From Candidatus Eiseniibacteriota bacterium (GTDB taxonomy: Bacteria; Eisenbacteria; RBG-16-71-46; CAIMUX01; VGJL01): DNA of 64,000 nucleotides. Below the pieces are notes generated by a model. The model did no database searches. It saw only the letters and a program-made list of their open reading frames with translations, and was not told the DNA's origin. Made by a program: the position numbers and the translations under genes. The stretch spans positions 92,153 through 156,152 of the forward strand of contig VGJL01000001.1 in the NCBI GenBank assembly GCA_016867495.1. Direction: 5' to 3'. This document shows positions 19,547 through 28,991 of this stretch, in pieces. How positions within the stretch are numbered: position 1 is the stretch's first letter; each line of letters opens with the position of its first letter.

Positions 19547-20176
19547 TCACCGGATCAGCCGGAAGAAACGCTTCAGGCGCGGCACCTTCTTGTGGCCGTC
19601 CCAGGAGAAGTAGATGACCTCCGCCTTCCCCCGCACCAACCTCATGTCGAGGAAGTGCCAGAAACGGCTGTCCTGGCTGTTGTCCCGGTTGTCCCCCATC
19701 ATGAAGAGGCTCCCCTTCGGCACGCGCACGGGGCCGTAGGTGTCACGCCGCGGGTCGATCCGGCGATCGACATGCTTGACGTACCCCTCATCCTTCCGAA
19801 CGCCGTCAACATAGAGGACCTTGTCGCGGTACTCGATCGTCTGCCCTTCCACCGCCACGCACCGCTTGATGTAGTCCTCCTTCGGATTCTGCGGGTTCTG
19901 GAAGACGATGACGTCGCCGGGCCGCGGCTTCCTGAATCCCGGCAGCCGCTTGTGCGTGAAGGGGATGTTGGGACCGTAGGTGAGCTTGCTGATGAAGAGG
20001 AAGTCGTGGATGAGCAGCGTATCCTCCATCGAGGGGGAAGGGATCCGGAAGGCCTGGAACGCGAAGCTGCGGATGATCAGGAAGAGGACGACCGCCCACA
20101 CGGCCGAGTTCAGCCACTCGCGGACCTGGCGCTTCCACCAGCTCTCCTTCGCCATCGGCGACTGACGCGAGGCCAT
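19547..20176 (-). CDS. lepB: Signal peptidase I
   Basis: N-terminal TM helix, catalytic Ser/Lys regions and the GDNRDNSQDSRFW box. Confidence 0.9.
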   Translation of the reverse strand: MASRQSPMAKESWWKRQVREWLNSAVWAVVLFLIIRSFAFQAFRIPSPSMEDTLLIHDFLFISKLTYGPNIPFTHKRLPGFRKPRPGDVIVFQNPQNPKEDYIKRCVAVEGQTIEYRDKVLYVDGVRKDEGYVKHVDRRIDPRRDTYGPVRVPKGSLFMMGDNRDNSQDSRFWHFLDMRLVRGKAEVIYFSWDGHKKVPRLKRFFRLIR

Positions 20177-20179
20177 CGC

Positions 20180-21982
20180 CTACTCCGTCGTCTTCAGGAG
20201 AGCCAGGAACGCCTCCTGAGGAATCTGGACCGAACCGATCTGCTTCATCTTCCGCTTTCCCTCTCGTTGCTTCTCCAACAACTTCCGCTTCCTCGTGATG
20301 TCTCCGCCGTAGCACTTGGCGAGGACGTCCTTGCGCAACGGCGAGATCGTCGATCGCGCAATCACCCGGGAGCCGATCGACGCCTGCACCGCGATCCGGA
20401 AGAGCTGTTTCGGGATCAGCTCGCGCAGCCGGTCGACCAGCTCGCGGCCCCACTCGTAGGCCTTCGACTCGTGCACGATGATCGATAGGGCGTCGACCCT
20501 GTCGCCGTTCAGCAGGATGTCCAGCCTGACCAGCTTCGACTCCCCGTAGTCGTAGAACTCGTAGTCGAGCGTCGCGTACCCCCTGCTGCACGACTTCAGG
20601 CGGTCATAGAAGTCGTAGATCAGCTCCCCGAGCGGAACCAGGTAGGTGAGCCTGGCGCGGGTGGGGTCGAGATAGTGGATCTCCTGGAAGTCCCCTCTCT
20701 TCTCCTGCGCGAGCTTCATGACGTTGCCGACATACTCGGTCGGAGTGATGACCGTCGCAAGAACGAATGGCTCGCTCATTCTCTCGATCTCGGTCGGCTC
20801 GGGGAGCTGCGAGGGGCTGTCCACTTCCACATCGGTTCCGTCCGGGCGATGCGCGACATAGGGGACCGTCGGCGCCGTGGCGATCAGATCCAGGTCGTAC
20901 TCCCGCCTGAGCCTCTCCACGACGATCTCCAGGTGGAGGGGACCGAGGAACCCGGCCCGGAATCCGAAGCCAAGGGCCAGGGAGGTCTCCGGCTCGTACG
21001 TGAGCGCCGCGTCGTTCAATCGCAGCTTCGCCAGGGCCTCCTTCAGCTTCAGATAGTCGTCGTTGTCGATGGGGAAGAGACCCGAGTAGACCATCGGCTT
21101 CATCGGCTTGTAGCCCGGGAGGGGTTCGACATCCGAGCCGGCGTGCGCCACCGTGTCGCCGACCTTCGCCTCTGAGACGTTCTTTATGCCGGCCACGATG
21201 TACCCGACATCCCCCGCCTCGAGCTTCTCCTCGACGACCATCCTGAGCTGGAAGATCCCGACCTCGAGGACCTCATACTCCTTGCCTGTGGAGAGGATCC
21301 GGACGGTCTCGCCGGGCCGGACCGTTCCGTCCACGACCCTCACGTAGGCGAGCACTCCGCGGTAGCTGTCGAAGGCCGAGTCGAAGATGAGCGCCCGCAG
21401 AGGCGCCTCGGGCTTCCCCTTCGGGGATGGAATCTCGCGTATGACCGCTTCGAGGATCTCCTTGACGCCGATCCCCTCCCGGGCGCTGGTGAGGAGGACC
21501 TCCTCCTCCTTGTGCCCCAGGAGGTTCTGGATCTGCAAGCGGACTTCATCCACGCGGGCGCTCGGCAGATCGATCTTGTTGAGGACGGTCAGGACCGTCA
21601 GATCATGGTCGAGGGCCATGTAGAGGTTCGAGAGGGTCTGCGCCTCGATCCCCTGCGATGCGTCGACTAGCAGGAGCGCCCCCTCGCAGGCGGCCAGACT
21701 CCTCGAGACCTCATAGGAGAAGTCGACGTGCCCGGGCGTGTCGATGAGGTTCATCCGGTAGGTCCCGCCGTCCTCCGCCTCGTAGCGCATCGTGATCGCG
21801 TGGGCTTTGATCGTGATTCCACGCTCGCGCTCCAGGTCCATGTCGTCCAGGACCTGCTCGCGCATCTCCTTCTTGGAAAGCGTCTTCGTGATCTCGAGGA
21901 GTCGATCGGCCAGCGTCGATTTCCCGTGGTCGATGTGGGCGATGATGCAGAAGTTGCGCACGCGCGCGCGCTCGATCGTCAA
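20180..21982 (-). CDS. lepA: Elongation factor 4 (LepA)
   Basis: GTP-binding motifs ([24 protein letters not shown]) and the LepA C-terminal domain. The track ORF was trimmed to an in-frame TTG preceded by GAGG, giving 600 aa (typical LepA length). Confidence 0.9.
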   Translation of the reverse strand: MTIERARVRNFCIIAHIDHGKSTLADRLLEITKTLSKKEMREQVLDDMDLERERGITIKAHAITMRYEAEDGGTYRMNLIDTPGHVDFSYEVSRSLAACEGALLLVDASQGIEAQTLSNLYMALDHDLTVLTVLNKIDLPSARVDEVRLQIQNLLGHKEEEVLLTSAREGIGVKEILEAVIREIPSPKGKPEAPLRALIFDSAFDSYRGVLAYVRVVDGTVRPGETVRILSTGKEYEVLEVGIFQLRMVVEEKLEAGDVGYIVAGIKNVSEAKVGDTVAHAGSDVEPLPGYKPMKPMVYSGLFPIDNDDYLKLKEALAKLRLNDAALTYEPETSLALGFGFRAGFLGPLHLEIVVERLRREYDLDLIATAPTVPYVAHRPDGTDVEVDSPSQLPEPTEIERMSEPFVLATVITPTEYVGNVMKLAQEKRGDFQEIHYLDPTRARLTYLVPLGELIYDFYDRLKSCSRGYATLDYEFYDYGESKLVRLDILLNGDRVDALSIIVHESKAYEWGRELVDRLRELIPKQLFRIAVQASIGSRVIARSTISPLRKDVLAKCYGGDITRKRKLLEKQREGKRKMKQIGSVQIPQEAFLALLKTTE

Positions 21983-22302
21983 GGGAGGACCTCGTAGCGC
22001 AGAAGGAAGGCGGAGTCTTCCTCGCGGAACTCGGCGTCGAATCGATCGAGATGCGCGTCCACATAGGCGTCCCCGACGCTCAGCAGGATCGTGAAGGCGC
22101 ACCACCAGAGGTAGTCCTTCTTGGTCGCCTTGTGGATCGAGGCGGTCCAGGGATCGCCCCGCTCGAGGGCACGATCGGCCAGGCGGTCCTCGTTCCAGAT
22201 GCCGTAGAGGAAGGCCGCCTCCACCCCGCCCAGCACCGCGGCCTTGAAGTACTGCCCGTTGTGGAGCTGTCCCCACCCCGGAAAGGCTGCCGAGCGCATC
22301 AT
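21979..22302 (-). CDS. Small hypothetical protein (107 aa) with PGWGQ motif, translationally coupled to lepA
   Basis: Its stop overlaps the lepA TTG start (TTGA). It begins at ATGATG. The track ORF extends upstream across the tRNA and is not credible there. A signal-peptide-like stretch upstream has no canonical start. Confidence 0.4.
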   Translation of the reverse strand: MMRSAAFPGWGQLHNGQYFKAAVLGGVEAAFLYGIWNEDRLADRALERGDPWTASIHKATKKDYLWWCAFTILLSVGDAYVDAHLDRFDAEFREEDSAFLLRYEVLP

Positions 22303-22459
22303 GACCCAGAGCGGCGCGTCGATTCCCCTGCCCCTGCCTACGCTCGACGAGTCGGCCGCGTCCGCGGCGCGGGCGGCGTCCGTCAGGAGGGGTGCCAGGA
22401 GAGACCCCAGGATCAGAACCGCGAGCGCGGCCGCCGGGCAGGGAGTGCGCGCTTTGAAC

Positions 22460-22555
22460 TGGCGGGAACGTGTGGGAATCGAACCCACCTCGGACACTGT
22501 AATGCCCGACAGAGGATTTGAAGTCCTTGGGACCCACCAGGACCCATTCGTTCCC
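22460..22555 (-). tRNA. selC: tRNA-Sec (selenocysteine tRNA, anticodon UCA)
   Basis: 96 nt. 8-bp acceptor arm (one A:A mismatch) plus 5-bp T stem. 6-bp D stem GGGUCC/GGGUCC with G:U pairs and a 4-nt D loop. Anticodon loop CUUCAAA. Long variable arm (7-bp stem). T loop TTCGATT. Discriminator G and encoded CCA. This 8/5, 6/4 architecture is the bacterial tRNA-Sec hallmark. Confidence 0.75.
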
Positions 22556-22643
22556 GCTCCAAACACGCCATGCACCCGGTGAGGATAGGTATCTGGCGCC
22601 CGCCCGGTCAACGATACGATCGCCGGCCCGCCGCCGGATCCGC

Positions 22644-23057
22644 TCAAGCGCCCTCGCGATCGGGCCCCGCTGCGGCGATCATGTCGATCTCGATTCGGGC
22701 CCCCTTCGGAAGGCTAGCGACTCCCACCGTGCTGCGGGCGGGAAACGGCGAGCCGACGCGCCTGGCATACTCCGCGTTGACGATCTCGAAGTCCCGCAGA
22801 TCGGTCAGGTAGAGCGTCGTCCTGACCACCCGATCGAGTCCCGAGCCGGCCGCTTTCAGGATCGCCTCCAGGTTGTCGAGGACCCTGGCCGCCTCGGCCT
22901 CGATTCCGCCGGACACGAGCTGCCCGGTCGCCGGGTCGAGCCCGATCTGGCCCGCTGAGAAGACCAGACGCGACCCGCGGACGACGATGCCCTGGCTGTA
23001 GGGACCCAACGCCGCCGGCGCCCCGCTCGTCTGGACGGCCTCCCGATCGCTCATCAT
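22644..23057 (-). CDS. ridA: RidA/YjgF family reactive-intermediate deaminase
   Basis: Full-length RidA-like sequence (GPYSQGIVV..., ...[19 protein letters not shown]). Confidence 0.8.
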   Translation of the reverse strand: MMSDREAVQTSGAPAALGPYSQGIVVRGSRLVFSAGQIGLDPATGQLVSGGIEAEAARVLDNLEAILKAAGSGLDRVVRTTLYLTDLRDFEIVNAEYARRVGSPFPARSTVGVASLPKGARIEIDMIAAAGPDREGA

Positions 23058-23061
23058 CCCC

Positions 23062-24888
23062 TCACTCCACGGTGACGCTCTTCGCGAGGTTGCGCGGTTG
23101 ATCCACATCGCACCCGCGGAGCACCGCCATGTGATAGGCCAGCAACTGCAGGGGGATCACGGACAGCAGGGGGGTCAACGGCTCGAGCGTCTGGGGAACG
23201 TAGATCACGTGGTCGGCCAGCCGCTCCAGCTCCCTATCCCCCTCGGTCGCGATCGCTATGATCCGTCCCTTGCGGGTGCGAACCTCCTCCATGTTGATCA
23301 GGATCTTCTCGTACACCGAGTCGCGCGTGCAGATGAACACGACCGGCATGTTCTCGTCGATCAGGGCGATCGGCCCGTGCTTCATCTCGGCCGCAGGGTA
23401 TCCCTCGGCGTGGATGTAGGAGATCTCCTTCAGCTTGAGGGCCCCTTCGAGCGCGACCGGGAAGTTGTAGCCCCGCCCCAGATAGAGGAAGTTGTTGTGC
23501 TTCGCGTAGACCGAAGCGATCTCGCGTATCTTGTCGCTTCCCTCGAGACACCGATCCACGAGAGCGGGGATGTCCAGCAGAGTCTGGGTGAGCGGGCGGG
23601 CGGCCGGGAGAGGCTGCCCCCGCAGATGCGCCAGGTGCAGGGTCAGGACCATGAGGACCGCGACCTGGGTTGTGAACGCCTTGGTCGACGCGACGCCGAT
23701 CTCGGGTCCCGCGTGGGTGTAGATCCCGCCGTCGGCCTCGCGCGCGATCGTTGAGCCGACGACGTTGCAGATGCCCAGCACGCGCCCCCCCCGCCTCTTC
23801 GCCTCCCGGAGGGCGGCCAGCGTATCGGCGGTCTCGCCGCTCTGGCTGATCACCACGACGAGCGTGGAGGGATCGATCACGGGGTGGCGGTAGCGAAACT
23901 CCGAGGCGTACTCGACCTCTGCGGGGATCCGGCAGAACTCCTCGATCATGTACTCGCCGATCATCGCTGCGTGCCAGGAGGTCCCGCAGGCGGACAGGAT
24001 GATCCGGTCCATGCGCCGGATCTCGTCTGGCGTGAGATTCAAGCCGCCCAGGTGCGTCTCCGCGCTGTCCGGCTTCAAGCGGCCGCGCATCGCGTCCATG
24101 AGGGAGCGCGGTTGCTCGAAGATCTCCTTGAGCATGAAGTGGGGGTAGCCAGCCTTCTCGATCTGAGAAAGCTCCCAGGTGATCTCCTCGACCGCCTTCT
24201 CCACGGCTACCTCGTCCAGGGTCTCAGTCCGGTATCCGTCCCGGGTGAGCACGGCCATCTCCTCGTCGTCGAGGTAGATCACCTGCTTGGTGTAGGGCAG
24301 GATCGCCGAGACATCGGAAGCGATGAAGTACTCGTTCGAGCCCACGCCGACGAGGAGCGGACTGCCCCGCCTCGCCCCGATGATCTTGCCCGGATCGAGG
24401 TCGGTCACGACGGCGATGCCGAATGTCCCCTCGACGAGCTTCAGGGCGGTGGCCACCGCCTCCTCGAGCTTGCCCCGCCAGCTCTCCTCGACCAGGTGGG
24501 CCAGAACCTCGGTGTCGGTTTCCGTCTCGAAGGTGTGACCGCTTCTCGTCAACCGCTCCCGCAGGGCGGCGAAGTTCTCGATGATCCCGTTGTGGACGAC
24601 GGCGAAGTGGCCCTTGCAGTCCTGATGCGGATGGGCGTTTCTCTTGCTCGGGATCCCGTGCGTCGCCCACCGCGTGTGCGCGATGCCGACGGTCCCCACG
24701 ATCGGGCTCTCGACCGCGAGCTGCTCGAGGATGGCGATCTTGCCCACATCCTTGCGGACCTGGAGCCCGCTGCCGTCGAGGATCGCGATCCCGGCCGAGT
24801 CATATCCCCTGTACTCGAGGCGCTTGAGGCCCTCGATGAGGATCTCCTGACATGGACGCGGCCCCACGTATCCAACGATGCCGCACAT
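23062..24888 (-). CDS. glmS: Glutamine--fructose-6-phosphate aminotransferase
   Basis: Starts MCGIVGY (catalytic Cys2). Glutaminase domain plus two SIS domains; ends ...VTVE. 608 aa. Confidence 0.95.
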   Translation of the reverse strand: MCGIVGYVGPRPCQEILIEGLKRLEYRGYDSAGIAILDGSGLQVRKDVGKIAILEQLAVESPIVGTVGIAHTRWATHGIPSKRNAHPHQDCKGHFAVVHNGIIENFAALRERLTRSGHTFETETDTEVLAHLVEESWRGKLEEAVATALKLVEGTFGIAVVTDLDPGKIIGARRGSPLLVGVGSNEYFIASDVSAILPYTKQVIYLDDEEMAVLTRDGYRTETLDEVAVEKAVEEITWELSQIEKAGYPHFMLKEIFEQPRSLMDAMRGRLKPDSAETHLGGLNLTPDEIRRMDRIILSACGTSWHAAMIGEYMIEEFCRIPAEVEYASEFRYRHPVIDPSTLVVVISQSGETADTLAALREAKRRGGRVLGICNVVGSTIAREADGGIYTHAGPEIGVASTKAFTTQVAVLMVLTLHLAHLRGQPLPAARPLTQTLLDIPALVDRCLEGSDKIREIASVYAKHNNFLYLGRGYNFPVALEGALKLKEISYIHAEGYPAAEMKHGPIALIDENMPVVFICTRDSVYEKILINMEEVRTRKGRIIAIATEGDRELERLADHVIYVPQTLEPLTPLLSVIPLQLLAYHMAVLRGCDVDQPRNLAKSVTVE

Positions 24889-24890
24889 CG

Positions 24891-26246
24891 CTACCCCCGT
24901 CCGCCGTCCCGGCACAGGCCGAGGATCCGCTCGAGGAGTCCTCTCGCCTCAGGCTCGGACGACGCTTCCACCACGAGTCGCAGAATCGGTTCCGTCGCCG
25001 AGCTGCGCAGGTGGACGAACCCGTCCGGCCTCGACCACCGCAGCCCATCGATCGAGCTCTCAACGCCCCCGAGGAGCGTTTCGATGAAAGCCTTGTAGGC
25101 CGTCAGCGGGACTCCCCTCGCGACGGCCAGTTTCGCCTTCAGAACGTAGCGCGGAGGGAGCGTGGACGCCAGGGCCATGAGCCCTCCCTTGCATGTGGCG
25201 TGCGCCTCCAGAAGCCATGCGGCGGCCACGGCGGCGTCCCTCCCCAGGTGCACCTCGGGGTCGATCACGCCCCCGTTCCCCTCGCCGCCGAGCACGGCGC
25301 GCGTCTCGCGCATCCTGGCCACCACATGCGCTTCGCCGACTGGCGTCCGCTCCACCCTGCATCCGTGCGCCTCCGCGACGGCCTCGAGACGCGTCGAGGT
25401 GCTCAGGTTGGTGACGACGGTCCCCTTCCTCCAGGCGAGCAAGTGGGCGGCCACAAGAGGAAGCGTCCACTCCTCCCCCACGACCCCTCCCTGCGGCAAG
25501 GCGATGGCGCATCTGTCGGCATCCGGATCGACCGCGAGGGCGATCGCGGCGCCCCTGCTCGCGGCCTCTGAGGAGAGCGCCTCCAGGGCGGGGCCGGTGG
25601 GCTCCGGCTCGCGGGGGAACCTCCCGTGCGGCTCCTCGTGGAGGACGTCGACGACGGCGCCGAGCCCCCGAAGCAGCTCGGGAAGCAGAACTCCGCCCGC
25701 GCCGTGCACGCAGTCGAGCAGCACGCGCGGCCTGCGCTCCCTGATGCGGGCTCCATCGACCCTCGACTCGATCGCCCCCCGGTGGAGCGCTAGGGCCTCG
25801 GCCGACCTGTCGATCCGCTGAGCGCGCCCCTCGCCTCGCGCGAAGGAGGCGCCCTCGGGGGCCACGCGCGCGCGCAACTCCTCGAAGGCGCCGCTTGGGA
25901 GAAACGTCCCGTCAGGCCCGACGAACTTCATCGCGTTCCACTCTGCCGGATTGTGGCTGGCAGTCAGAATCAACCCTCCGGCGGCTCCCCATCGCTCGAC
26001 GGCGAGCTGAACGGTCGGCGTCGGCACGATCCCCAGATCCCAGATCTGCCGGCCGAGCGACGCGAGGAGATCGGCGGCGACGGACGCGAAGCCTTCACCG
26101 CTGGGGCGCGAATCGCGCCCGAGGACGATCGGGCCCGGGGGAAGCTGCCCGCTCAAGGCGGCCGTCCAGCGCGCGATCAGATCGGGGGTCAGGTCCGAGC
26201 CCACGAGCCCCCGCACACCCGAGATGCTCACCATCAACGGACTCAT
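24891..26246 (-). CDS. glmM: Phosphoglucosamine mutase / phosphomannomutase family protein
   Basis: Active-site serine loop TASHNP and an N-terminal SISGVRG phosphohexomutase motif. Adjacency to glmS favours GlmM. The start is uncertain (26246 or 26309). Confidence 0.7.
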   Translation of the reverse strand: MSPLMVSISGVRGLVGSDLTPDLIARWTAALSGQLPPGPIVLGRDSRPSGEGFASVAADLLASLGRQIWDLGIVPTPTVQLAVERWGAAGGLILTASHNPAEWNAMKFVGPDGTFLPSGAFEELRARVAPEGASFARGEGRAQRIDRSAEALALHRGAIESRVDGARIRERRPRVLLDCVHGAGGVLLPELLRGLGAVVDVLHEEPHGRFPREPEPTGPALEALSSEAASRGAAIALAVDPDADRCAIALPQGGVVGEEWTLPLVAAHLLAWRKGTVVTNLSTSTRLEAVAEAHGCRVERTPVGEAHVVARMRETRAVLGGEGNGGVIDPEVHLGRDAAVAAAWLLEAHATCKGGLMALASTLPPRYVLKAKLAVARGVPLTAYKAFIETLLGGVESSIDGLRWSRPDGFVHLRSSATEPILRLVVEASSEPEARGLLERILGLCRDGGRG

Positions 26247-26328
26247 GCCGTCCCGCCCTCGCCTCCCCAAGACAACGCCCGTCCCCGCGGCGGCGGAGAG
26301 GGCGTGCATTTCCAGACCCGATGAAGAG

Positions 26329-26404
26329 TGGAGCTGGTGAGCGGAATCGAACCGCTGACCTGCGCATTACGAATGCGCTGCTCTACCTGCTGAGCTACAC
26401 CAGC
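26329..26404 (-). tRNA. tRNA-Thr (anticodon CGU)
   Basis: 76 nt cloverleaf: acceptor GCTGGTG/CACCAGC, D arm GCTC-AGCAGGT-AGAGC, anticodon loop TTCGTAA, T arm AGCGG-TTCGATT-CCGCT, discriminator T, encoded CCA. Confidence 0.85.
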
Positions 26405-26475
26405 ACCCATTGTCGCCCCGGCGCGCCGTCGGGCCCGCGTCCGGACGGGCAAGCCGATCACCGACAGGAAGACAG

Positions 26476-26551
26476 TGGTGCGGCCTCGCAGAGTCGAACT
26501 GCGGACTTCCAGATTTTCAGTCTAGCGCTCTACCAGCTGAGCTAAGGCCGC
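26476..26551 (-). tRNA. tRNA-Phe (anticodon GAA)
   Basis: 76 nt cloverleaf: acceptor GCGGCCT/AGGCCGC, D arm GCTC-AGCTGGT-AGAGC, anticodon loop CTGAAAA, T arm CGCAG-TTCGACT-CTGCG, discriminator A, encoded CCA. Confidence 0.85.
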
Positions 26552-26689
26552 ACCCAAGCCATTGATGATCCCGGAGAGCGCCCCGGAGGGTCAAGCCGTT
26601 TTTGTCGCCGCACGCGCCGAAACCGCGCGGACCGACGCGATCGCGCCCGAGACGCTCGCTCGGAGCGCCCACTCTCATCATGGCGCCGA

Positions 26690-27082
26690 TCAGGACGATC
26701 TCGCGGGTTCAAGAGCCGGCTCGCCGGCGCGGGCCAGGAGCGCTTCCGCGACCGCCCCCTTCAGCTCGGAGAGATCCGAGGACTTGACGACGTAGCGGTC
26801 CGCCGACCAGCTCGCGAAGTCGGCCTTGAAGGAGGCGTAGGCGGAGTTGAGGACGATGGCGACATCCCCCCTTCTCCCCAGGATGCGTCGCAGCGTCTCG
26901 AGGCCGTCGATCCCCCTCAGCCGGAGGTCGAGGACGACGGCGTCGATCTTCTCCCGTGCCACAATCTCGAGCGCATCTTCCCCCGCCGGGACCGAGAGAA
27001 CACGATAGCCCTCGTCGGCGAACTCCTCCTCGTAGAGGAGTCGAAGATTCGGATCATCTTCGACGATCAGGATGGTGGTCAT
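26690..27082 (-). CDS. Single-domain response regulator (CheY-like receiver)
   Basis: Receiver motifs (ILIVEDD, phospho-acceptor Asp in VVLDLRLRGIDG, downstream K). No output domain. Confidence 0.8.
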   Translation of the reverse strand: MTTILIVEDDPNLRLLYEEEFADEGYRVLSVPAGEDALEIVAREKIDAVVLDLRLRGIDGLETLRRILGRRGDVAIVLNSAYASFKADFASWSADRYVVKSSDLSELKGAVAEALLARAGEPALEPARSS

Positions 27083-27110
27083 GCGCGGCCTCCCTGCGCG
27101 GGGGAATCGG

Positions 27111-28391
27111 TCAGGCGGCACGCCGCCGATCGCCCCCGGTTCTTCGCTCGCGGTTCTTCCTCCGATCGGGGTTCAGCCTGATTGGCAGGCTCACGGTGAA
27201 GATCGCGCTCCATTCGTCGCTCGAGCGCACCCGCACCTCGCCCCCGTGCTCCTTCACGATCTGGTCCGCCACGGCCAACCCCAGCCCGCATCCTCCGGCG
27301 CGGCCGGCCGCAAACGGAACGAAGAGGGACTCGAGCATCTCACCGGGGATCCGATCGCCATCGTTGGCGATCTCAACCTGAGCCCATCCCTCGATGCTCC
27401 GCGTCGCGACGCGCACCCGATTCCCCTCCCGAGTGGACGCGGCCGCGTTCTTGAGGATGTTGAGGATGACCTGCTTCACCCGGTCCGGATCCAGCAGCAT
27501 CGGTTTCCCGTTCCGCTCGTAGCTCTCGATCAGCCGCACTCCCTTCTCCCGCAGCTCGTCGACGACGAGCCCGACGGCCTCGCGGGCAACCGACGCGAGA
27601 TCCACGTTCACGAGGCGCGGCGCGGTCCGTTGGGCAAAGAGGAGCTGCTCGGAAAGGAGGGATTCCAGACGCCTGATCTCCCGAACGATGATCGAGGCGT
27701 AGGACCGGTTCGGATCGTCGGGCGAGAGGCCCTTCTCGATCCGGCGCGCAAACCCCCCGATCCCGGAGAGGGGATTGCGGATCTCGTGGGCGACCTTGGC
27801 GCTCATCTCGCCGAGAGCGGCAAGACGCTCGCTCTGCAGAAGCATCCTCTCCATCTCGCGGACCCTGCGGTCGCCCTCCCGCGTCCGGTCCGAGAGCTCG
27901 GCCTGCTGGATCACGACGCCCGCCAATCCGGCCAGGGCGGCGATCAAGAGGTCATCCGGCGACGCGGCGCCGGCGTCGGCTTCCGTCTCTTCCCTGGCGG
28001 GCGCCCGGACAAAGATCAAGACGCCCAGCACCCGCTCGGTGGCCAGGAGCGGCAGACCCACCATCTGCTCCGGGCCATCGGCCGTGGCCTCGAGCGGGAC
28101 GCGAAGATGGCGCCGCTCGCGCGCGACCTGCTTGGCCAGATCGGCGGCGAAAGGAAGCGGGTCGGGCCGCGCGCCGCGCGAGGCGAAGCTGGCGGCGATC
28201 CGGGTTCGGTCGGTTGCCTCCTCGTGGATCCAGACGCTGGCCCACGAGGCGGCGGCCCCATCGACCAGGCACCTGAGGATGCCCCGCAATCCCTCGTTCC
28301 TCACTCTGAAGCAAGGGAGCCCCGCCGAGAGATCCGCCAGCATGCTCAGCAAGGCCCGCGAGCGACCGAGCGTCTCGCGCTCATCCCTCAT
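27111..28391 (-). CDS. Sensor histidine kinase with N-terminal GAF-like domain
   Basis: HisKA H-box (AHEIRNPLSGIGGF) and HATPase_c G-boxes (GGCGLGLAV). Immediately upstream of the receiver gene. Confidence 0.8.
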   Translation of the reverse strand: MRDERETLGRSRALLSMLADLSAGLPCFRVRNEGLRGILRCLVDGAAASWASVWIHEEATDRTRIAASFASRGARPDPLPFAADLAKQVARERRHLRVPLEATADGPEQMVGLPLLATERVLGVLIFVRAPAREETEADAGAASPDDLLIAALAGLAGVVIQQAELSDRTREGDRRVREMERMLLQSERLAALGEMSAKVAHEIRNPLSGIGGFARRIEKGLSPDDPNRSYASIIVREIRRLESLLSEQLLFAQRTAPRLVNVDLASVAREAVGLVVDELREKGVRLIESYERNGKPMLLDPDRVKQVILNILKNAAASTREGNRVRVATRSIEGWAQVEIANDGDRIPGEMLESLFVPFAAGRAGGCGLGLAVADQIVKEHGGEVRVRSSDEWSAIFTVSLPIRLNPDRRKNRERRTGGDRRRAA

Positions 28392-28640
28392 GCCGATCTC
28401 CCTTCCCGCCCAGATCTCGGAGGGAGCCAGATTTCCCTCTCACGCCGGGCGGGCGGTTGTCTATACTCCGGGTTGCCGTTCGACGCGGGCATGGCTCCCG
28501 CCGGGGAGCGGCCGGGCTGGGCGTGGGAGCCGACGGGACTCCGCCCGGCCCTCTAACGAGGCATCGCGCCCGTCCGCAGGCCGGGCGAGAGGACAGAAGG
28601 CGATGGGTTGGCTCAAGAAGGGTTTCGTCAGTCCGCAAAC

Positions 28641-28649
28641 GGGGAGGAG
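28641..28649 (+). promoter_or_regulatory. Shine-Dalgarno sequence GGGGAGGAG for the DUF3467-like gene
   Basis: Purine-rich SD positioned 4-5 nt upstream of the ATG at 28654. Confidence 0.5.
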
Positions 28650-28653
28650 TCCG

Positions 28654-28965
28654 ATGGAGAAGCCGCAGGCTCAGAACCAGGTCCAGATTCCGATCGACAT
28701 GAGCGATGTCGAAGGGACCTATGCGAACCTTGCGAACGTGCACTACACGCCCTCCGAGTTCATCCTGGACTTCGCGCGCTATCTTCCTGGCTCCCCCAAG
28801 GGGAAGGTCTATGCCCGGATCGTGATGACGCCCCAGAACGCTCGTGCCCTTCTGCGCCTCTTGGAGGCCCGCATAGGGGCCTACGAGACGCAGTTCGGCA
28901 AGATCCCCGGGCAGGGCGAGCCTGCCCACACTCGAGATATCGGCTTCAAGCCGGAGACTCCTTAG
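28654..28965 (+). CDS. Small DUF3467-like protein (103 aa)
   Basis: The motif GTYANLANVHYTPSEFILDFA...KGKVYARIVMTPQNARALL matches the DUF3467 family pattern. Strong RBS. An alternative in-frame start lies at 28603. Confidence 0.55.
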   Translation: MEKPQAQNQVQIPIDMSDVEGTYANLANVHYTPSEFILDFARYLPGSPKGKVYARIVMTPQNARALLRLLEARIGAYETQFGKIPGQGEPAHTRDIGFKPETP

Positions 28966-28991
28966 GGGGTTTCCCGGCTGAGGTGGGGCAG

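Noticed and set aside
21979..22647. 222-aa ORF spanning the tRNA-Sec gene
   Set aside because: It runs straight through a structurally convincing tRNA. Only the 3' part coupled to lepA was kept.
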